A stretch of DNA of 64,000 bases, from assembly GCA_963796685.1 (NCBI GenBank), contig CAWCMR010000008.1, positions 640,001 to 704,000 of the forward strand, in the 5' to 3' direction. This DNA is from an uncultured delta proteobacterium (GTDB lineage Bacteria; Myxococcota_A; Polyangia; Fen-1088). This document shows, piece after piece, positions 51,397-61,881 of the stretch (position 1 is the first letter of the stretch; every line of letters starts with the position of its first letter). The notes beneath the pieces were generated by a model that had not been told where the DNA came from, ran no database searches, and saw nothing but the letters and a program-made list of their open reading frames with translations. A program made the translations under genes and the position numbers.

Positions 51397-53478
51397 ATGA
51401 CGAGCGCGTGGCACGCTCGCCGACGGCCCCCACATACCGTTCCACTGCTCGTCCTGCTGCTTGGTGGCAGCGCGGGGGCGTTGTGGTCGAGCGAGTCGTT
51501 GGCGCAACCTGTCGGTATGCCCGACTACGAGACGGTGGTGACGGCGGCGCCCGCCGCTCCGCAAACCCCGCGTGAGGATCACGCGGCTTCGTGTTCCGTG
51601 ATCACCCAGGATCGAACCCCGCGCGCGGCCGAGTCGGTGTCCCAACTCCTGTCCGAGCAAGCCGGCACGGCGGTCACGCGCCTGGGCGGCATGGGCTCGA
51701 CCGCGACCGTGTCGCTGCGTGGATCGACGGCCAATCAGGTGCTGGTCTATGTGGATGGAGTTCCCTTCAATACCGCCACGGGCGGCGGCGTGGACCTCGG
51801 CGCCATTCCGATGGGGGACGTGGAACGCATCGAAATCTACCGCGGCATGAGCCCCATCGCCTTCGGAGCCTCCGCCATCGGTGGGGTGGTTTCCATCACG
51901 ACTGCGATGCCCAAGGACAACCGCGTCGAGGCGGAGGCCGGCGGCGGGTCGTTCGGCACGTACTACGGCGGGGCAAGGGGCGCTTGGAATCGAGGGCCGT
52001 TTCACCTCTACGGCGGTGTCCACGCTCTCACCAGCGATGGCGATTTCCAGTACGTAGACACCCAGGGCACGACTGTCGATACCAGCCTCGACCAACTTGT
52101 CCGCCGCCGCGACAACGACCTGCACCAGAAGGACGGCACTGCGCGGGCGGTCCTGGATTTTTCCGACAGCCGGCACCTGAGCACCTCCGTCCTCTTCTTC
52201 GACCGAGACCAGGGACTGCCGGGTCAGGCAGGTCTGGCCAATCCGACCGCGCGGCTCGGAACCCTGCGGGCGACGGGGATCCTCGCCTACGACTCGAGCC
52301 AGGATCTCGGTTACGGCGGACACCTGCGCGCCACGGCCTACGGCAACTACGACCTCTCCCACTTCGCCGACCCCGACTTCAAGATCAACCCCACGCCCAC
52401 CGACGCGCACGATCGCACCTACACCGTGGGCGGCAACCTCGCTTGGCGGCGGTCCGCGCGACCTTGGCTGACTCTTTCAGGGATCTTCGACACGCGCTAC
52501 GATCGCTTCCAGCCTTCGGATAGCCTTGGCAGTGAGCCGACCGGCGCTCCTGCCACGCGCCTATTCGGCGCCTGGGGAGTTGAAAGCGATGTGTGGATTC
52601 GGCCGATCCGTTTCGACGTCATCGCGTCTTTGCGGCTGGAAGCCGCACGCGATGAGACCTCCGGCCGTGACTATTTCGGCGATCTTCTCCAATCCACCTC
52701 GAGCCCGATCGACCGCGTGCTTCCCATCGCGCGCGTGTCCCTGGTGAAAGAGTGGGCAGGGTGGCTTTCCTTGCGCGCGAACGGCGGGCGCTATGCGCGC
52801 CTGCCTTCCACCATCGAGCTGTACGGCAATACCGGCTACTTGCTGGGCGACCCCACCCTGAAACCGGAGACCGGATTCAACGCCGATGCCGGCCCGCTGG
52901 TTTCCTGGAAGCGTGGCTCCAGCAGGGTTCTCTGGTCCACGGCGGCCTTTGCCAGCCGGGTGCGCGACCTTATCCAGTATCAGTACATCGGCGGCGGCCG
53001 GGCCAGGCCACAGAACCTCGGCAGCGCGCGCATCCTGGGCGTCGAAAGCGAGGCCACGCTGGAATGGGGCCGCCACGCGCGCGTGGTGGCCGCGGGAACC
53101 TTCACCGACGCACGAGACACATCGCCGGTGGCCGCGCAAAACGGCAAGCAATTGCCTCTTCGGCCGCGCTATCGTTTCTATGCCCGTCCGGAGTGGCGTG
53201 CGGTGCAGATGGGGACGCACGTCACGCTTGGATTCTATGCCGAGCTGGATGCCACTGCCGGCAACTATCGCAACGTAACCAATACGGACCGCGTTCCAGC
53301 GAGATTTCTCGTCGGGGCCGGTGCCTACGCCGAGCTTCCCGCCAATTTCTCGCTTCGCGTGAGCGGACAGAACCTTGTCAATTCATCGATCAACGATTTG
53401 GCCAACTACCCATTACCAGGGCGAGAGATCTATCTGACCCTTGCCTGGTCCTCCGCCAACAATGAACCAAAGGAATAA
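51397..53478 (+). CDS. btuB: TonB-dependent cobalamin receptor
   Basis: Plug motifs LRGS..NQVLV.VDG, ERIEIYRG, GAS.IGGV; YPLPGR C-terminus; B12 riboswitch upstream. Confidence 0.85.
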   Translation: MTSAWHARRRPPHTVPLLVLLLGGSAGALWSSESLAQPVGMPDYETVVTAAPAAPQTPREDHAASCSVITQDRTPRAAESVSQLLSEQAGTAVTRLGGMGSTATVSLRGSTANQVLVYVDGVPFNTATGGGVDLGAIPMGDVERIEIYRGMSPIAFGASAIGGVVSITTAMPKDNRVEAEAGGGSFGTYYGGARGAWNRGPFHLYGGVHALTSDGDFQYVDTQGTTVDTSLDQLVRRRDNDLHQKDGTARAVLDFSDSRHLSTSVLFFDRDQGLPGQAGLANPTARLGTLRATGILAYDSSQDLGYGGHLRATAYGNYDLSHFADPDFKINPTPTDAHDRTYTVGGNLAWRRSARPWLTLSGIFDTRYDRFQPSDSLGSEPTGAPATRLFGAWGVESDVWIRPIRFDVIASLRLEAARDETSGRDYFGDLLQSTSSPIDRVLPIARVSLVKEWAGWLSLRANGGRYARLPSTIELYGNTGYLLGDPTLKPETGFNADAGPLVSWKRGSSRVLWSTAAFASRVRDLIQYQYIGGGRARPQNLGSARILGVESEATLEWGRHARVVAAGTFTDARDTSPVAAQNGKQLPLRPRYRFYARPEWRAVQMGTHVTLGFYAELDATAGNYRNVTNTDRVPARFLVGAGAYAELPANFSLRVSGQNLVNSSINDLANYPLPGREIYLTLAWSSANNEPKE

Positions 53479-53483
53479 CGGAC

Positions 53484-54761
53484 ATGAGACGATATTGGGC
53501 AACTTGCATCTACGGGCTCGCACCCTTGGCTTGCTCCGGCCTAAGTGCTTGCGGCAGCGACTCCGGAGCCCCGCTGGCGGACGCCTCCGTCTCCGAGGTG
53601 GCACCCGGCACCCCACCGGTTGATTCTTCCGCGGACGGCGCGGGCGGCTCGCCGCGTGGGATCGTCGTGGTGAACAGCAATGATTTCGACACCACCTCGA
53701 TTTCGTTTCTCGACCGCGATGGCAATGTCGTGATCGACGGTTGCTTCAGCACCCCCAAGCTCTCCTCTGACGTCGTGTTGCCTACACAAGTCACGCCGGG
53801 CGGCCCGGTGGTGCTCATCGACCGAGGCTCGGGTTACAATGCCTTGACCTGGCTGGACCCGACGACCTGTACCCCGCTGCGCCAGCTCGCAGTGGGCACA
53901 GGCTTCGATTCCGACCCGCACGACGTGGTCGTGCTGTCAGCAAGCAAGGCCTATGTTACGCGCTATGCGGAGAACGGGACAGCCACGCCGACACCGGATG
54001 ATTTCGACGACGGTGACGACGTGCTCATCATCGATCCTACCCAGGCCAAGATTCTTGGCCGCATCGACCTGAAACCCTCCACCCCTGCAGGCGTCCTGCC
54101 GCGCGCGGACCGCGCTCTTCTGGCCGAGGGCAAGGTCTTCGTCTCCTTGAATGCCATCGGCCTGGACTACAAGACCTACGGCACGGGCCGTATCGTCGAG
54201 GTGGACCCGCTCACCGACCAGGTCGTGGGCACCATCGACTTGCCAGGAACCAAGAACTGCGGCGCGATGACCTATCTTGCGACGGAGAGGAAGCTCGTGG
54301 TTGCTTGCGGCGGCGCCTACAGCGATGGGCCGCAGCAAACGGACAGCTCGGCCATCGTCGTTGTCGACCTTGCCGGGTCGCCAGCCGCGGTGATCACCCG
54401 GATAACCGCGGCAGCCGTCGGAGGACTTCCCTTCACGAATGCGACGGTTGCGGTATTGAATGGCCTCACCGCCTTCGGCGTGACCAACGGCAGCACCTCG
54501 AACGTGCCGCCGGATCGGTTGTGGTCGTTGCCCCTTGACGGCTCCCTTCCGGTGCGGGTATTCGAGTCGACCGAGTCCTTCGCGCTGGGTGCGGTTCTGG
54601 CCGACGGCGAGGCAAGCCGCATTCTGGTCACCGATGGGACCACCAGCACGCCGGCATTTCTACGTTTCTTCGACTTCGCCGCGGGGATCTTCACGGCGGG
54701 CAAGACCGTCAAGAGCAACCCGTCGCAGAAGCTTCCGCCCCGCGCGCTGGCCTTTTACTAG
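53484..54761 (+). CDS. Beta-propeller surface lipoprotein, candidate B12-capture protein
   Basis: Lipobox LSAC; PHD....SKAYVTRY repeats; operon context. Confidence 0.6.
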   Translation: MRRYWATCIYGLAPLACSGLSACGSDSGAPLADASVSEVAPGTPPVDSSADGAGGSPRGIVVVNSNDFDTTSISFLDRDGNVVIDGCFSTPKLSSDVVLPTQVTPGGPVVLIDRGSGYNALTWLDPTTCTPLRQLAVGTGFDSDPHDVVVLSASKAYVTRYAENGTATPTPDDFDDGDDVLIIDPTQAKILGRIDLKPSTPAGVLPRADRALLAEGKVFVSLNAIGLDYKTYGTGRIVEVDPLTDQVVGTIDLPGTKNCGAMTYLATERKLVVACGGAYSDGPQQTDSSAIVVVDLAGSPAAVITRITAAAVGGLPFTNATVAVLNGLTAFGVTNGSTSNVPPDRLWSLPLDGSLPVRVFESTESFALGAVLADGEASRILVTDGTTSTPAFLRFFDFAAGIFTAGKTVKSNPSQKLPPRALAFY

Positions 54762-54771
54762 GGGAAGAATC

Positions 54772-55830
54772 ATGTCCTTTCTGGAACAAACCGTTGCCTC
54801 GATTGTCGAGATCGACACCGAGTCGGCGGCAGCGACGCAGCGACTGCTCGACGGCAAGACCAAACCCCGGCGAAGTCTGGGCCGGCTCGAAGACCTGGCT
54901 TGCAAAGTCGCATCCATTCGGCGCAACCCGCGACCACCGCTGCCCACCAAGGCCATGGTGGTCATGGCGGGCGACCACGGCGTCGCCCAAGAAGGGGTCA
55001 GTGCCTACCCACCCGAGGTGACGCGGCAGATGTTGCTCAACTTCGCGCGAGGTGGTGCGGCCATCAATGTGCTGGCAAGACAAGCCCAGGCCCGCCTTCT
55101 CGTCGTGGACATGGGGGTAAACGGCCCCGAGGAGCCCATTCCCGGCGTGCTGTCGCGCAGGATCGCGCCGGGCACGCGCAACTTCACCCGCGGCCCCGCC
55201 ATGACCGCCGAGCAGGCCGTTCTGGCCATCGAGCACGGCATCACCATCGCGCAGGAGCTGGCCAGCACCGGGGTCGACCTCGTTGGGGTTGGTGAAATGG
55301 GTATCGGCAACACCACCGCCGCGACCGCGCTCGTGGCTGCATGCACGGGTCGCCCAGCTCGGGAAATCACGGGGCGTGGAACGGGCATCGACGACGAAGC
55401 TCTCGACCGCAAGGTCGCGGCCATCGAAAGGGCATTGCACGTGAATCCGCCCGCCGGCAAGCCGGCATTGCAGCTCCTGGCGGAGCTCGGCGGATTCGAA
55501 GTCGCCGGATTGACAGGCGTGGTGCTGGGTGCGGCCGCACGCAACATCCCCGTGCTGCTCGACGGATTCATCGCCTCGACCGCGGCCCTGTGCGCGGCCC
55601 GCATCGCGCCCAGGGCCGCGGAATACGTGATCGCATCCCACGAATCGGTCGAAATCGGTCACCGGGTCGTTCTCGAAGCGCTGGGCTGCCAACCCCTGTT
55701 CCACTTTGCCATGCGCCTCGGCGAAGGCACGGGTGCGGCCTTGGCCACGCACGTGGTGGATGCGGCCCTGCACATTCTCCATGAGATGGCCACCTTCGAG
55801 GGCGCGCAGGTCACGGACACGGGCAAATGA
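54772..55830 (+). CDS. cobT: Nicotinate-nucleotide-dimethylbenzimidazole phosphoribosyltransferase
   Basis: TKP..SLGRLE, AGDHGV, GEMGIGNTT, RLGEGTGA. Confidence 0.95.
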   Translation: MSFLEQTVASIVEIDTESAAATQRLLDGKTKPRRSLGRLEDLACKVASIRRNPRPPLPTKAMVVMAGDHGVAQEGVSAYPPEVTRQMLLNFARGGAAINVLARQAQARLLVVDMGVNGPEEPIPGVLSRRIAPGTRNFTRGPAMTAEQAVLAIEHGITIAQELASTGVDLVGVGEMGIGNTTAATALVAACTGRPAREITGRGTGIDDEALDRKVAAIERALHVNPPAGKPALQLLAELGGFEVAGLTGVVLGAAARNIPVLLDGFIASTAALCAARIAPRAAEYVIASHESVEIGHRVVLEALGCQPLFHFAMRLGEGTGAALATHVVDAALHILHEMATFEGAQVTDTGK

Positions 55831-55841
55831 GAAGAGGGGCC

Positions 55842-56639
55842 TTACACGCTGGCGGCGAGCCCCACCAGGATCAGCGCGTCTGTCACCTGTTGGGTCGCGC
55901 CGAGGAAATCGCCCGTGAGGCCCCCGGCCCGAACATGGAATCGCCATCCACACACCACCGTCACGATCACCGAGAGCAGGAGCGAAACCACGATGCCCTG
56001 CAGGGGCAAGAGCCTGCCCAGCGCCAGCAGGCACACGGCGATGATGGCAAAGGCGCTGGCGAGAAAGGCCTGCACCAGTCCGCCCTCGGCCAATGGGATG
56101 GAGCGCGCATTTTCCGCGGGCGTCACGTAGGGCAACGCCGCCATCAACCAGACCGGGGTCGTACGAGACAGGGTTTGTCCGAGGAGAAGCCCACCGATGG
56201 CCAAGGGGCCCAGCTTGGCCAACGCGGCGACGCGAAGAAGCACCACGAGAACGAGCGCGGTGGCACCGAAGCTGCCAATGCGGCTGTCCTTGAGAATGGC
56301 GAAGAGCTTCTCGCGCTCGAAGGCGCCGCCAAGCGCGTCCGCGGTGTCTGCGAGCCCATCCTCATGAAATGCGCCGGTCAGAAGCGCCAGCACCGCTACC
56401 GAGGCCACGGACGCCACCATGCCCCCCGCGTGTTCGAGCCCGGACCACACCAAAGAGGCGAGAAAGCCGAGGACGTAGCCCACGACCGGGAACCAGGCGG
56501 GGGCCCAGCGCAATGCCGTCTTGCTGAACGGCTGCTTACCGCACGGGATCCGGGTCAGGAAGGCCAACGCCGCTCGTGCGCCTGCAAAGAAGGCCAAATA
56601 GGAAGGGGCCATCGCCGGGTCTTGGACTTTGGTCTCCAT
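55842..56639 (-). CDS. cobS: Adenosylcobinamide-GDP ribazoletransferase
   Basis: FLTRIP, TGAFHEDGLADTAD, KDSRIGSFG, GGLTGD.LGA. Confidence 0.95.
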   Translation of the reverse strand: METKVQDPAMAPSYLAFFAGARAALAFLTRIPCGKQPFSKTALRWAPAWFPVVGYVLGFLASLVWSGLEHAGGMVASVASVAVLALLTGAFHEDGLADTADALGGAFEREKLFAILKDSRIGSFGATALVLVVLLRVAALAKLGPLAIGGLLLGQTLSRTTPVWLMAALPYVTPAENARSIPLAEGGLVQAFLASAFAIIAVCLLALGRLLPLQGIVVSLLLSVIVTVVCGWRFHVRAGGLTGDFLGATQQVTDALILVGLAASV

Positions 56640-56716
56640 GATGGGTTCGCCCTACTCGAGCTTTTATGCTCCGAGAACCTGATACGCACAAGCCCAAGCT
56701 TCAAGGAGTTGCGAGC

Positions 56717-57274
56717 ATGCCAGGCAAGGTGATCTTCGTCGGCGGTGGAGCACGCTCTGGCAAGAGCCGCTTCGCCTTGGAATACGCGCGCAGGCTGGGC
56801 CGGCGGCGCCTGTTCGTCGCCACCGCCGAGCCCTTCGACCCGGAAATGCAGGAGAGAATTCTGCGCCACCGAGACGAGCGCGGCGCGGACTTCGCGACCC
56901 TCGAAGAGCCCCTGCACCTGACGCGGGTGCTGGGCCAGGTGTGCGACATCGACGTGGTCGTGGTGGACTGCCTCACGCTTTGGCTTTCCAACCTGCTCGT
57001 GCGGGAGACCCCGGTGTCGGGCATCGACAACCAGGTGGCGGAAATGGTGGCCGTGCTCAAGGCGCGCCTATGGCACGTCGTGCTGGTCAGCAACGAAGTC
57101 GGTTTCGGCATCGTTCCCGAGTCGGCCCTGGGCCGCATCTTCCGCGACGTCGCGGGCCGCGCCCACCAACGCCTTGCCGCCGAGGCGGACGAAGTCTACC
57201 TGGCGGCCGTGGGCGTGGTGCTCCGCTTGTTGCCGGAACCTGTGAAGACCTTCCGTCCCGGCGAGTATCCGTAA
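56717..57274 (+). CDS. cobU: Adenosylcobinamide kinase/phosphate guanylyltransferase
   Basis: GGARSGKS, ATA...D.EM..RI..H, DCLTLW.SN, VSNEVG.GIVP. Confidence 0.95.
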   Translation: MPGKVIFVGGGARSGKSRFALEYARRLGRRRLFVATAEPFDPEMQERILRHRDERGADFATLEEPLHLTRVLGQVCDIDVVVVDCLTLWLSNLLVRETPVSGIDNQVAEMVAVLKARLWHVVLVSNEVGFGIVPESALGRIFRDVAGRAHQRLAAEADEVYLAAVGVVLRLLPEPVKTFRPGEYP

Positions 57275-57354
57275 GCAGGAATTTCGTCGACGGCGCCAGT
57301 GTTTCGCCTCCGAAAAGGTGCTAGGTAGTCTCGACCAAGGATGACTGAGCAGGA

Positions 57355-57924
57355 ATGAGCTGGGAAGCGGTCTTCAGCAGCTTCACATTGGTCGCGGCCA
57401 GTGAGATGGGGGACAAAACCCAGCTACTGGCGTTTTCGCTGGCCAGCAGGTTTCGCCGCCCATGGACGGTCATGGCCGGCATCCTGCTCGCCACGTTCGC
57501 CAACCATGCCCTGGCGTCGTCCATTGGAGCTTGGATCTCGGTGTATATTCCGGCGCGGGTCATGGCCGGGATACTGGCCGCCACGTTCATCGGCTTCGGG
57601 TTGTGGACCCTGCGCCCCGACACGCTGGATGACGACGACAAGCCGGCGCGCTTCGGTCCCTTGCTGACAACCGTGGTCCTGTTCTTCCTCGCCGAGATGG
57701 GCGACAAGACCCAATTCGCCACCGTGGCGCTGGGCGCGCGCTTTCACAGCACACTGACCGTTACGCTAGGGACCACCCTGGGCATGATGGCGACGGACGG
57801 GTTGGCGGTTTTCCTGGGCGACCGGCTGTCCGCCAAGGTCCAGGGGCGCTGGCTGCGCGTGGTCGCGGCTTGTCTGTTCTTCCTCTTCGGCATCGCCTCG
57901 GCATGGTCGGCGATCCGCGGCTAG
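57355..57924 (+). CDS. TMEM165/GDT1 (UPF0016) Mn/Ca transporter
   Basis: Two EMGDKTQ motifs. Confidence 0.93.
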   Translation: MSWEAVFSSFTLVAASEMGDKTQLLAFSLASRFRRPWTVMAGILLATFANHALASSIGAWISVYIPARVMAGILAATFIGFGLWTLRPDTLDDDDKPARFGPLLTTVVLFFLAEMGDKTQFATVALGARFHSTLTVTLGTTLGMMATDGLAVFLGDRLSAKVQGRWLRVVAACLFFLFGIASAWSAIRG

Positions 57925-58052
57925 CTGTTCAGAATCGGATCCCGGCAGACCATGACCACAGTAAAGCCCTGTCCCGCCAGGCCCGCGCAGATCGCCTGTC
58001 CAATCGCGCCGTTGGCGCCGGTCACGATGGCAACGCGCTGCTTGGCATCCAT
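57921..58052 (-). pseudogene. N-terminal fragment of an SDR oxidoreductase
   Basis: Manual translation MDAKQRVAIVTGANGAIGQAICAGLAGQGFTVVMVCRD then stop. Confidence 0.65.
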
Positions 58053-58061
58053 CGCCTCACC

Positions 58062-58958
58062 TCAGGTGAACTGCACCGAGCGCCGAGTAAAGGCGCCCTC
58101 CATCCAGAAACCGGTGATGGGGAAGGATACCGCATGCCGGCCTTCGCTGGCCGCGCCCGCCGCGACCAACAGCGGTGCATAGTGCTCCCACGTCGGCAGG
58201 GCCGTGCTGGCGGCTGGCGCTCGCCTGTGGAAATCCTGCAAGGCATCGACGTCGAACCGCGAGATGGCGTCCTCGGCCCAGGCGTCGAACTCCCTGGCCC
58301 ACGCGGGAATGCCGGGTCGAAAGGCGTAGCGCATGTTGTGGGTCAGAAACCCGCTGCCGAAGATCAGCACGCCCTCGTTGCGCAGGGGCGCCAGCACCCG
58401 GCCGAGCGCGAACAACTTTCGCGCATCGAGGGTGCACATCGAGAGTTGCAGCACGGGCACGTCCGCGTCGGGATACATGGGCACGAGCGGCACGTAGGCG
58501 CCGTGGTCGAGCCCGCGCCCGCCATCCTCGGCCAGCGGCATTCCCTGGCCCACCAGCAAGGCGCGAATACGGCTCGCAAGCTCCGGCGCTCCCGGAGCCG
58601 GGTACCTGGTCTGATAGTAACGCTCGGGAAACCCGCCAAAATCGTAGACCAACGGCACGGTCCGCGTTGCTCCCAAGGTCGCTGCCGGCTCTTCCCAGTG
58701 CGCCGAAACCATGAGAACGCTCTTCGGCTTCGCCATGGCCTTGGCCCAGGCCGCCAACTCGGCCATCCACACCTTGTCGTCCAGCAAGACCGGCGCGCCG
58801 TGGGCCGCAAAGATGACCGGCATGGTACCGGGAGCTGGCTCTGCATCGGACTTGGGTGCGGTCATGGGTGTGGTCATGCGCTTGTTGTCCCTTCGCGTAC
58901 ACGCGAGCACCGCCGCCGGCAGCGACCCGAGCACGCGCAGCGATTCTCTTCGGTTCAT
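58062..58958 (-). CDS. LigB-type class III extradiol dioxygenase (YgiD/DODA-like)
   Basis: HGAP, SAHW, YDFGGFP, GLDHG, GSG..THN, PT.EH..PL. Confidence 0.9.
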   Translation of the reverse strand: MNRRESLRVLGSLPAAVLACTRRDNKRMTTPMTAPKSDAEPAPGTMPVIFAAHGAPVLLDDKVWMAELAAWAKAMAKPKSVLMVSAHWEEPAATLGATRTVPLVYDFGGFPERYYQTRYPAPGAPELASRIRALLVGQGMPLAEDGGRGLDHGAYVPLVPMYPDADVPVLQLSMCTLDARKLFALGRVLAPLRNEGVLIFGSGFLTHNMRYAFRPGIPAWAREFDAWAEDAISRFDVDALQDFHRRAPAASTALPTWEHYAPLLVAAGAASEGRHAVSFPITGFWMEGAFTRRSVQFT

Positions 58959-59097
58959 TGCAGGACAAGCCTAAGACGCAAGCGGCGCCCCGCCAGGAAG
59001 AAATGCTAGCGCAGGATGGTCGACGGACCGGCGAGCGCGCCGGGAGACTTCGTCGTAGACTCCTGCACGGGGAGGAGACATGCCTGGCGGAATCCGC

Positions 59098-59559
59098 ATG
59101 AAGCAGATCTTCACGACGCACGCGCCATCCGCCGTGGTGCTGATCCGCCTCTTGGTGGGCGGGGTCTTCCTTTCGGAGGGCGTGCAGAAATTCCTCTACC
59201 CGGCCGCGCTCGGCGTGGGTCGATTCGCCAAGATCGGAATTCCGTGGCCGGCATGGAGTGCCCCCTTCGTCGCCGTCGTCGAGACGGGTTGCGGCATGTT
59301 GATCTTGCTGGGGCTCGCCACGCGCCCGGCGGCCCTGGCGCTCGTTATCGACATGATCGTCGCCATTGCCTCCACCAAAATCCCCATGTTCTTGAAGAGC
59401 GGATTCTGGGCCACGGCCCACGAGGCAAGGGCCGATTGGTCGATGCTCCTCGGCGCGCTCTTCCTTCTCGTCGTCGGCGGAGGCGCCGCATCGCTGGACG
59501 CGCGACTGACCCGACACGCCGCCAGCGCCGGGTCGGCCAACCAAGCCGATGCGGGCTAG
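59098..59559 (+). CDS. DoxX family membrane protein
   Basis: RL.VG.VF.SEG.QKF, GRF.KIG.P, HEARAD. Confidence 0.88.
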   Translation: MKQIFTTHAPSAVVLIRLLVGGVFLSEGVQKFLYPAALGVGRFAKIGIPWPAWSAPFVAVVETGCGMLILLGLATRPAALALVIDMIVAIASTKIPMFLKSGFWATAHEARADWSMLLGALFLLVVGGGAASLDARLTRHAASAGSANQADAG

Positions 59560-59563
59560 TACG

Positions 59564-60304
59564 ATGGCTTCACGAGCGTTGCTCCCGCTCATCTTCCTCG
59601 GCGCCCTGCTCTCACCCGCGCCACTCCTCGCCGGTCCGCCCTACATCACCGACGATCCCGAGCCCGTGCAATACCGGCACTGGGAATTCTACCTCGCGAC
59701 CCAGCCCGAAGTCGCACGCGACGGGTCCACCGGCACGCTACCCCACTTCGAGATCAACTATGGCGCCGTGCCCAACTTGCAGCTCCACGTGCTCGTCCCG
59801 CTCGCCTTCGCGAGGCCGAACGGCGGCACGACCTTCTACGGTCCCGGCGACATCGAGCTCGGGGCGAAGTACCGCTTCGTCGAGGAGAGCGATTTCGTCC
59901 CCATGGTGGGAACCTTCCCCCTGCTCGAGCTTCCCGTTGGCGACGAAACGAAGGGACTCGGCACCGGCCACCTGCACGGATTCATCCCGTTGTGGCTGCA
60001 AAAGAGCGCGCGGCCATGGACCGGCTACGGCGGTGTCGGCTACTGGTTCAATCCCGGACCGGGCAACCTCGGCTATTGGTACATCGGCTGGCTGGCTCAG
60101 CGACGCCTCTCGACCCTCGCCACCCTGGGTGCTGAAGTCTTCTACACCACTGCCGACCACAGCGGGGGCAGCGGCAACCTGCGCTTCAATATCGGGCTTA
60201 TTCTGGACTTCACCCGAAACCACCATCTGCTCGCCTCGGCAGGCCGAAGCCTCGCGGGCGACACACGCTTTCTCGGCTACCTGGCCTATCAATTGACTCT
60301 GTAA
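59564..60304 (+). CDS. Putative outer-membrane transporter (MetA-pathway-like beta barrel)
   Basis: Signal peptide, GPPY.TDDPEPV, GD.ELG.KYRF, C-terminal YQLTL. Confidence 0.7.
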   Translation: MASRALLPLIFLGALLSPAPLLAGPPYITDDPEPVQYRHWEFYLATQPEVARDGSTGTLPHFEINYGAVPNLQLHVLVPLAFARPNGGTTFYGPGDIELGAKYRFVEESDFVPMVGTFPLLELPVGDETKGLGTGHLHGFIPLWLQKSARPWTGYGGVGYWFNPGPGNLGYWYIGWLAQRRLSTLATLGAEVFYTTADHSGGSGNLRFNIGLILDFTRNHHLLASAGRSLAGDTRFLGYLAYQLTL

Positions 60305-60315
60305 TTGGGCTGGTG

Positions 60316-61881
60316 CTATTCCCCAACCACCATGCCGCCAGCGCCGGGTCGCTGGCGGCGGAGCAGCAACAGCAGCGGCAAGACGCACACGACTGCCACG
60401 AAGCACACGAAGAACGAGTAGTTGAACGACAACATCATGGCTTGGCGGTGGACTTCGCCGTACAGCACGCGTAGCTCTCCGGTCTGCGCGACAGGCGCCG
60501 GCAGGCCGCGCGCAACCAGGAAGTGCTCGAGCTGCCCTGCTGTGGCCCGCAGGTTGGGCGCGTTGAGGTCCAGGCGGCCGGCGATGCGCAGCTGATACCG
60601 TTGCGCCCCGCGTGCCAGCAGCGTGGACGTGATCGAAACGCCCACCGCGCCCCCCAGATTGCGGACCAGATTGAAGAGCCCCGTGGCATTGCCCATCTTG
60701 TGTTGCGAAATCTGACTCATGGCCAGGGTGGTGAGCGGCACGAAGAACATGGCGATGCCGAGCCCCTGCACGATGCGCGGCCTGAGCACCGACCAAAAGT
60801 CCGCTTGCAGGTTGAAGAGCGTCATCATGTACACGGACAGCGCCGCGATGACCATGCCCACGGCAAGCAGCTTGCGCGCCTGTCCCTTTTGCGCGAGCTT
60901 GCCCACGATTGGCATGGCCACGATGGTGACAGCCCCACCCGGCCCCAGGACCAACCCGGCTTGAAAGGCGGTGTAACCCATCAGCTCCTGCAGATAGAGA
61001 GGCAAGAGCACGATGCTGGCAAAGAAGGAAGCGAAGGTCAGAAATAGGATGAGACAGGCGAAACCGAACGAGCGCGTGGCGAAGGCGCGCAGATCCATCA
61101 CCGGGTGGTCGGTGCCGTAGAGCTCCCACCAAACCAGCGCCGCCAGGCTGACCAAGGCCAGTGCGGTACATACGATGATGAAGCTCGAGCTGAACCAGTC
61201 CTCGTGGTTGCCCTGGTCGAGCATCACCTGCAGGCTGCCGATGCCCACCGTCAGCAAACCCATGCCCCAAAGGTCGATACGGCGACGCTGGGCGCGCAGG
61301 TAGGGCGGATCCGTGATTACCGCCAGGGTGGCGATGGTCGACAGCACCCCGACGGGAATGTTGATGTAGAAGATCCACCTCCAGCTCAGCTGGTCGGTGA
61401 TGTACCCCCCGAGCACCGGGCCGAGGATGGGCGCGGCCACGATGCCCATGCCGAAGACCCCCATGGCCATGCCGTGCTCTTCGCGCGGAAAGGTCTCGAG
61501 CAAGATGGCCTGGCTCATGGGCTGCAGCGCGCCCCCGAAGAATCCCTGTAGGGCGCGCACCGCGATGAGGAAATCCAGGGTGGGCGACGCGCCGGCCAGA
61601 AAGCTTGCCATCGTGAACCCGAGCACGCACACCATCAGAAAACGCTTGCGACCGAAGGTGGTGGCGAACCATCCCGTCATGGGCAGGACGATGGCGTTGG
61701 CGACGAGATAGCTGGTCAGCACCCAGGTCACCTCGTCGATGCTGGCATTCAAGCCGCCCTGGATGTGAGGCAGGGCGACGTTGGCGACGGAGGTATCCAG
61801 GATCTCCATGGCCGTGGGCAGCATCACGGTGCACGCCACCGCCCACTTGTTCGCCTTGCCATCGGCCGTGCGCAGATTCAT
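60316..61881 (-). CDS. DHA2 family MFS efflux permease (EmrB-like)
   Basis: ILDTSVANVALPHI, WVLTSYL, GP.LGG.ITD..SWRWIFYIN.P. Confidence 0.93.
   Translation of the reverse strand: MNLRTADGKANKWAVACTVMLPTAMEILDTSVANVALPHIQGGLNASIDEVTWVLTSYLVANAIVLPMTGWFATTFGRKRFLMVCVLGFTMASFLAGASPTLDFLIAVRALQGFFGGALQPMSQAILLETFPREEHGMAMGVFGMGIVAAPILGPVLGGYITDQLSWRWIFYINIPVGVLSTIATLAVITDPPYLRAQRRRIDLWGMGLLTVGIGSLQVMLDQGNHEDWFSSSFIIVCTALALVSLAALVWWELYGTDHPVMDLRAFATRSFGFACLILFLTFASFFASIVLLPLYLQELMGYTAFQAGLVLGPGGAVTIVAMPIVGKLAQKGQARKLLAVGMVIAALSVYMMTLFNLQADFWSVLRPRIVQGLGIAMFFVPLTTLAMSQISQHKMGNATGLFNLVRNLGGAVGVSITSTLLARGAQRYQLRIAGRLDLNAPNLRATAGQLEHFLVARGLPAPVAQTGELRVLYGEVHRQAMMLSFNYSFFVCFVAVVCVLPLLLLLRRQRPGAGGMVVGE

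Noticed and set aside
57275-57354. yybP-ykoY Mn riboswitch upstream of the TMEM165/GDT1 gene
   Set aside because: Region is only 80 bp and I could not see the consensus motifs
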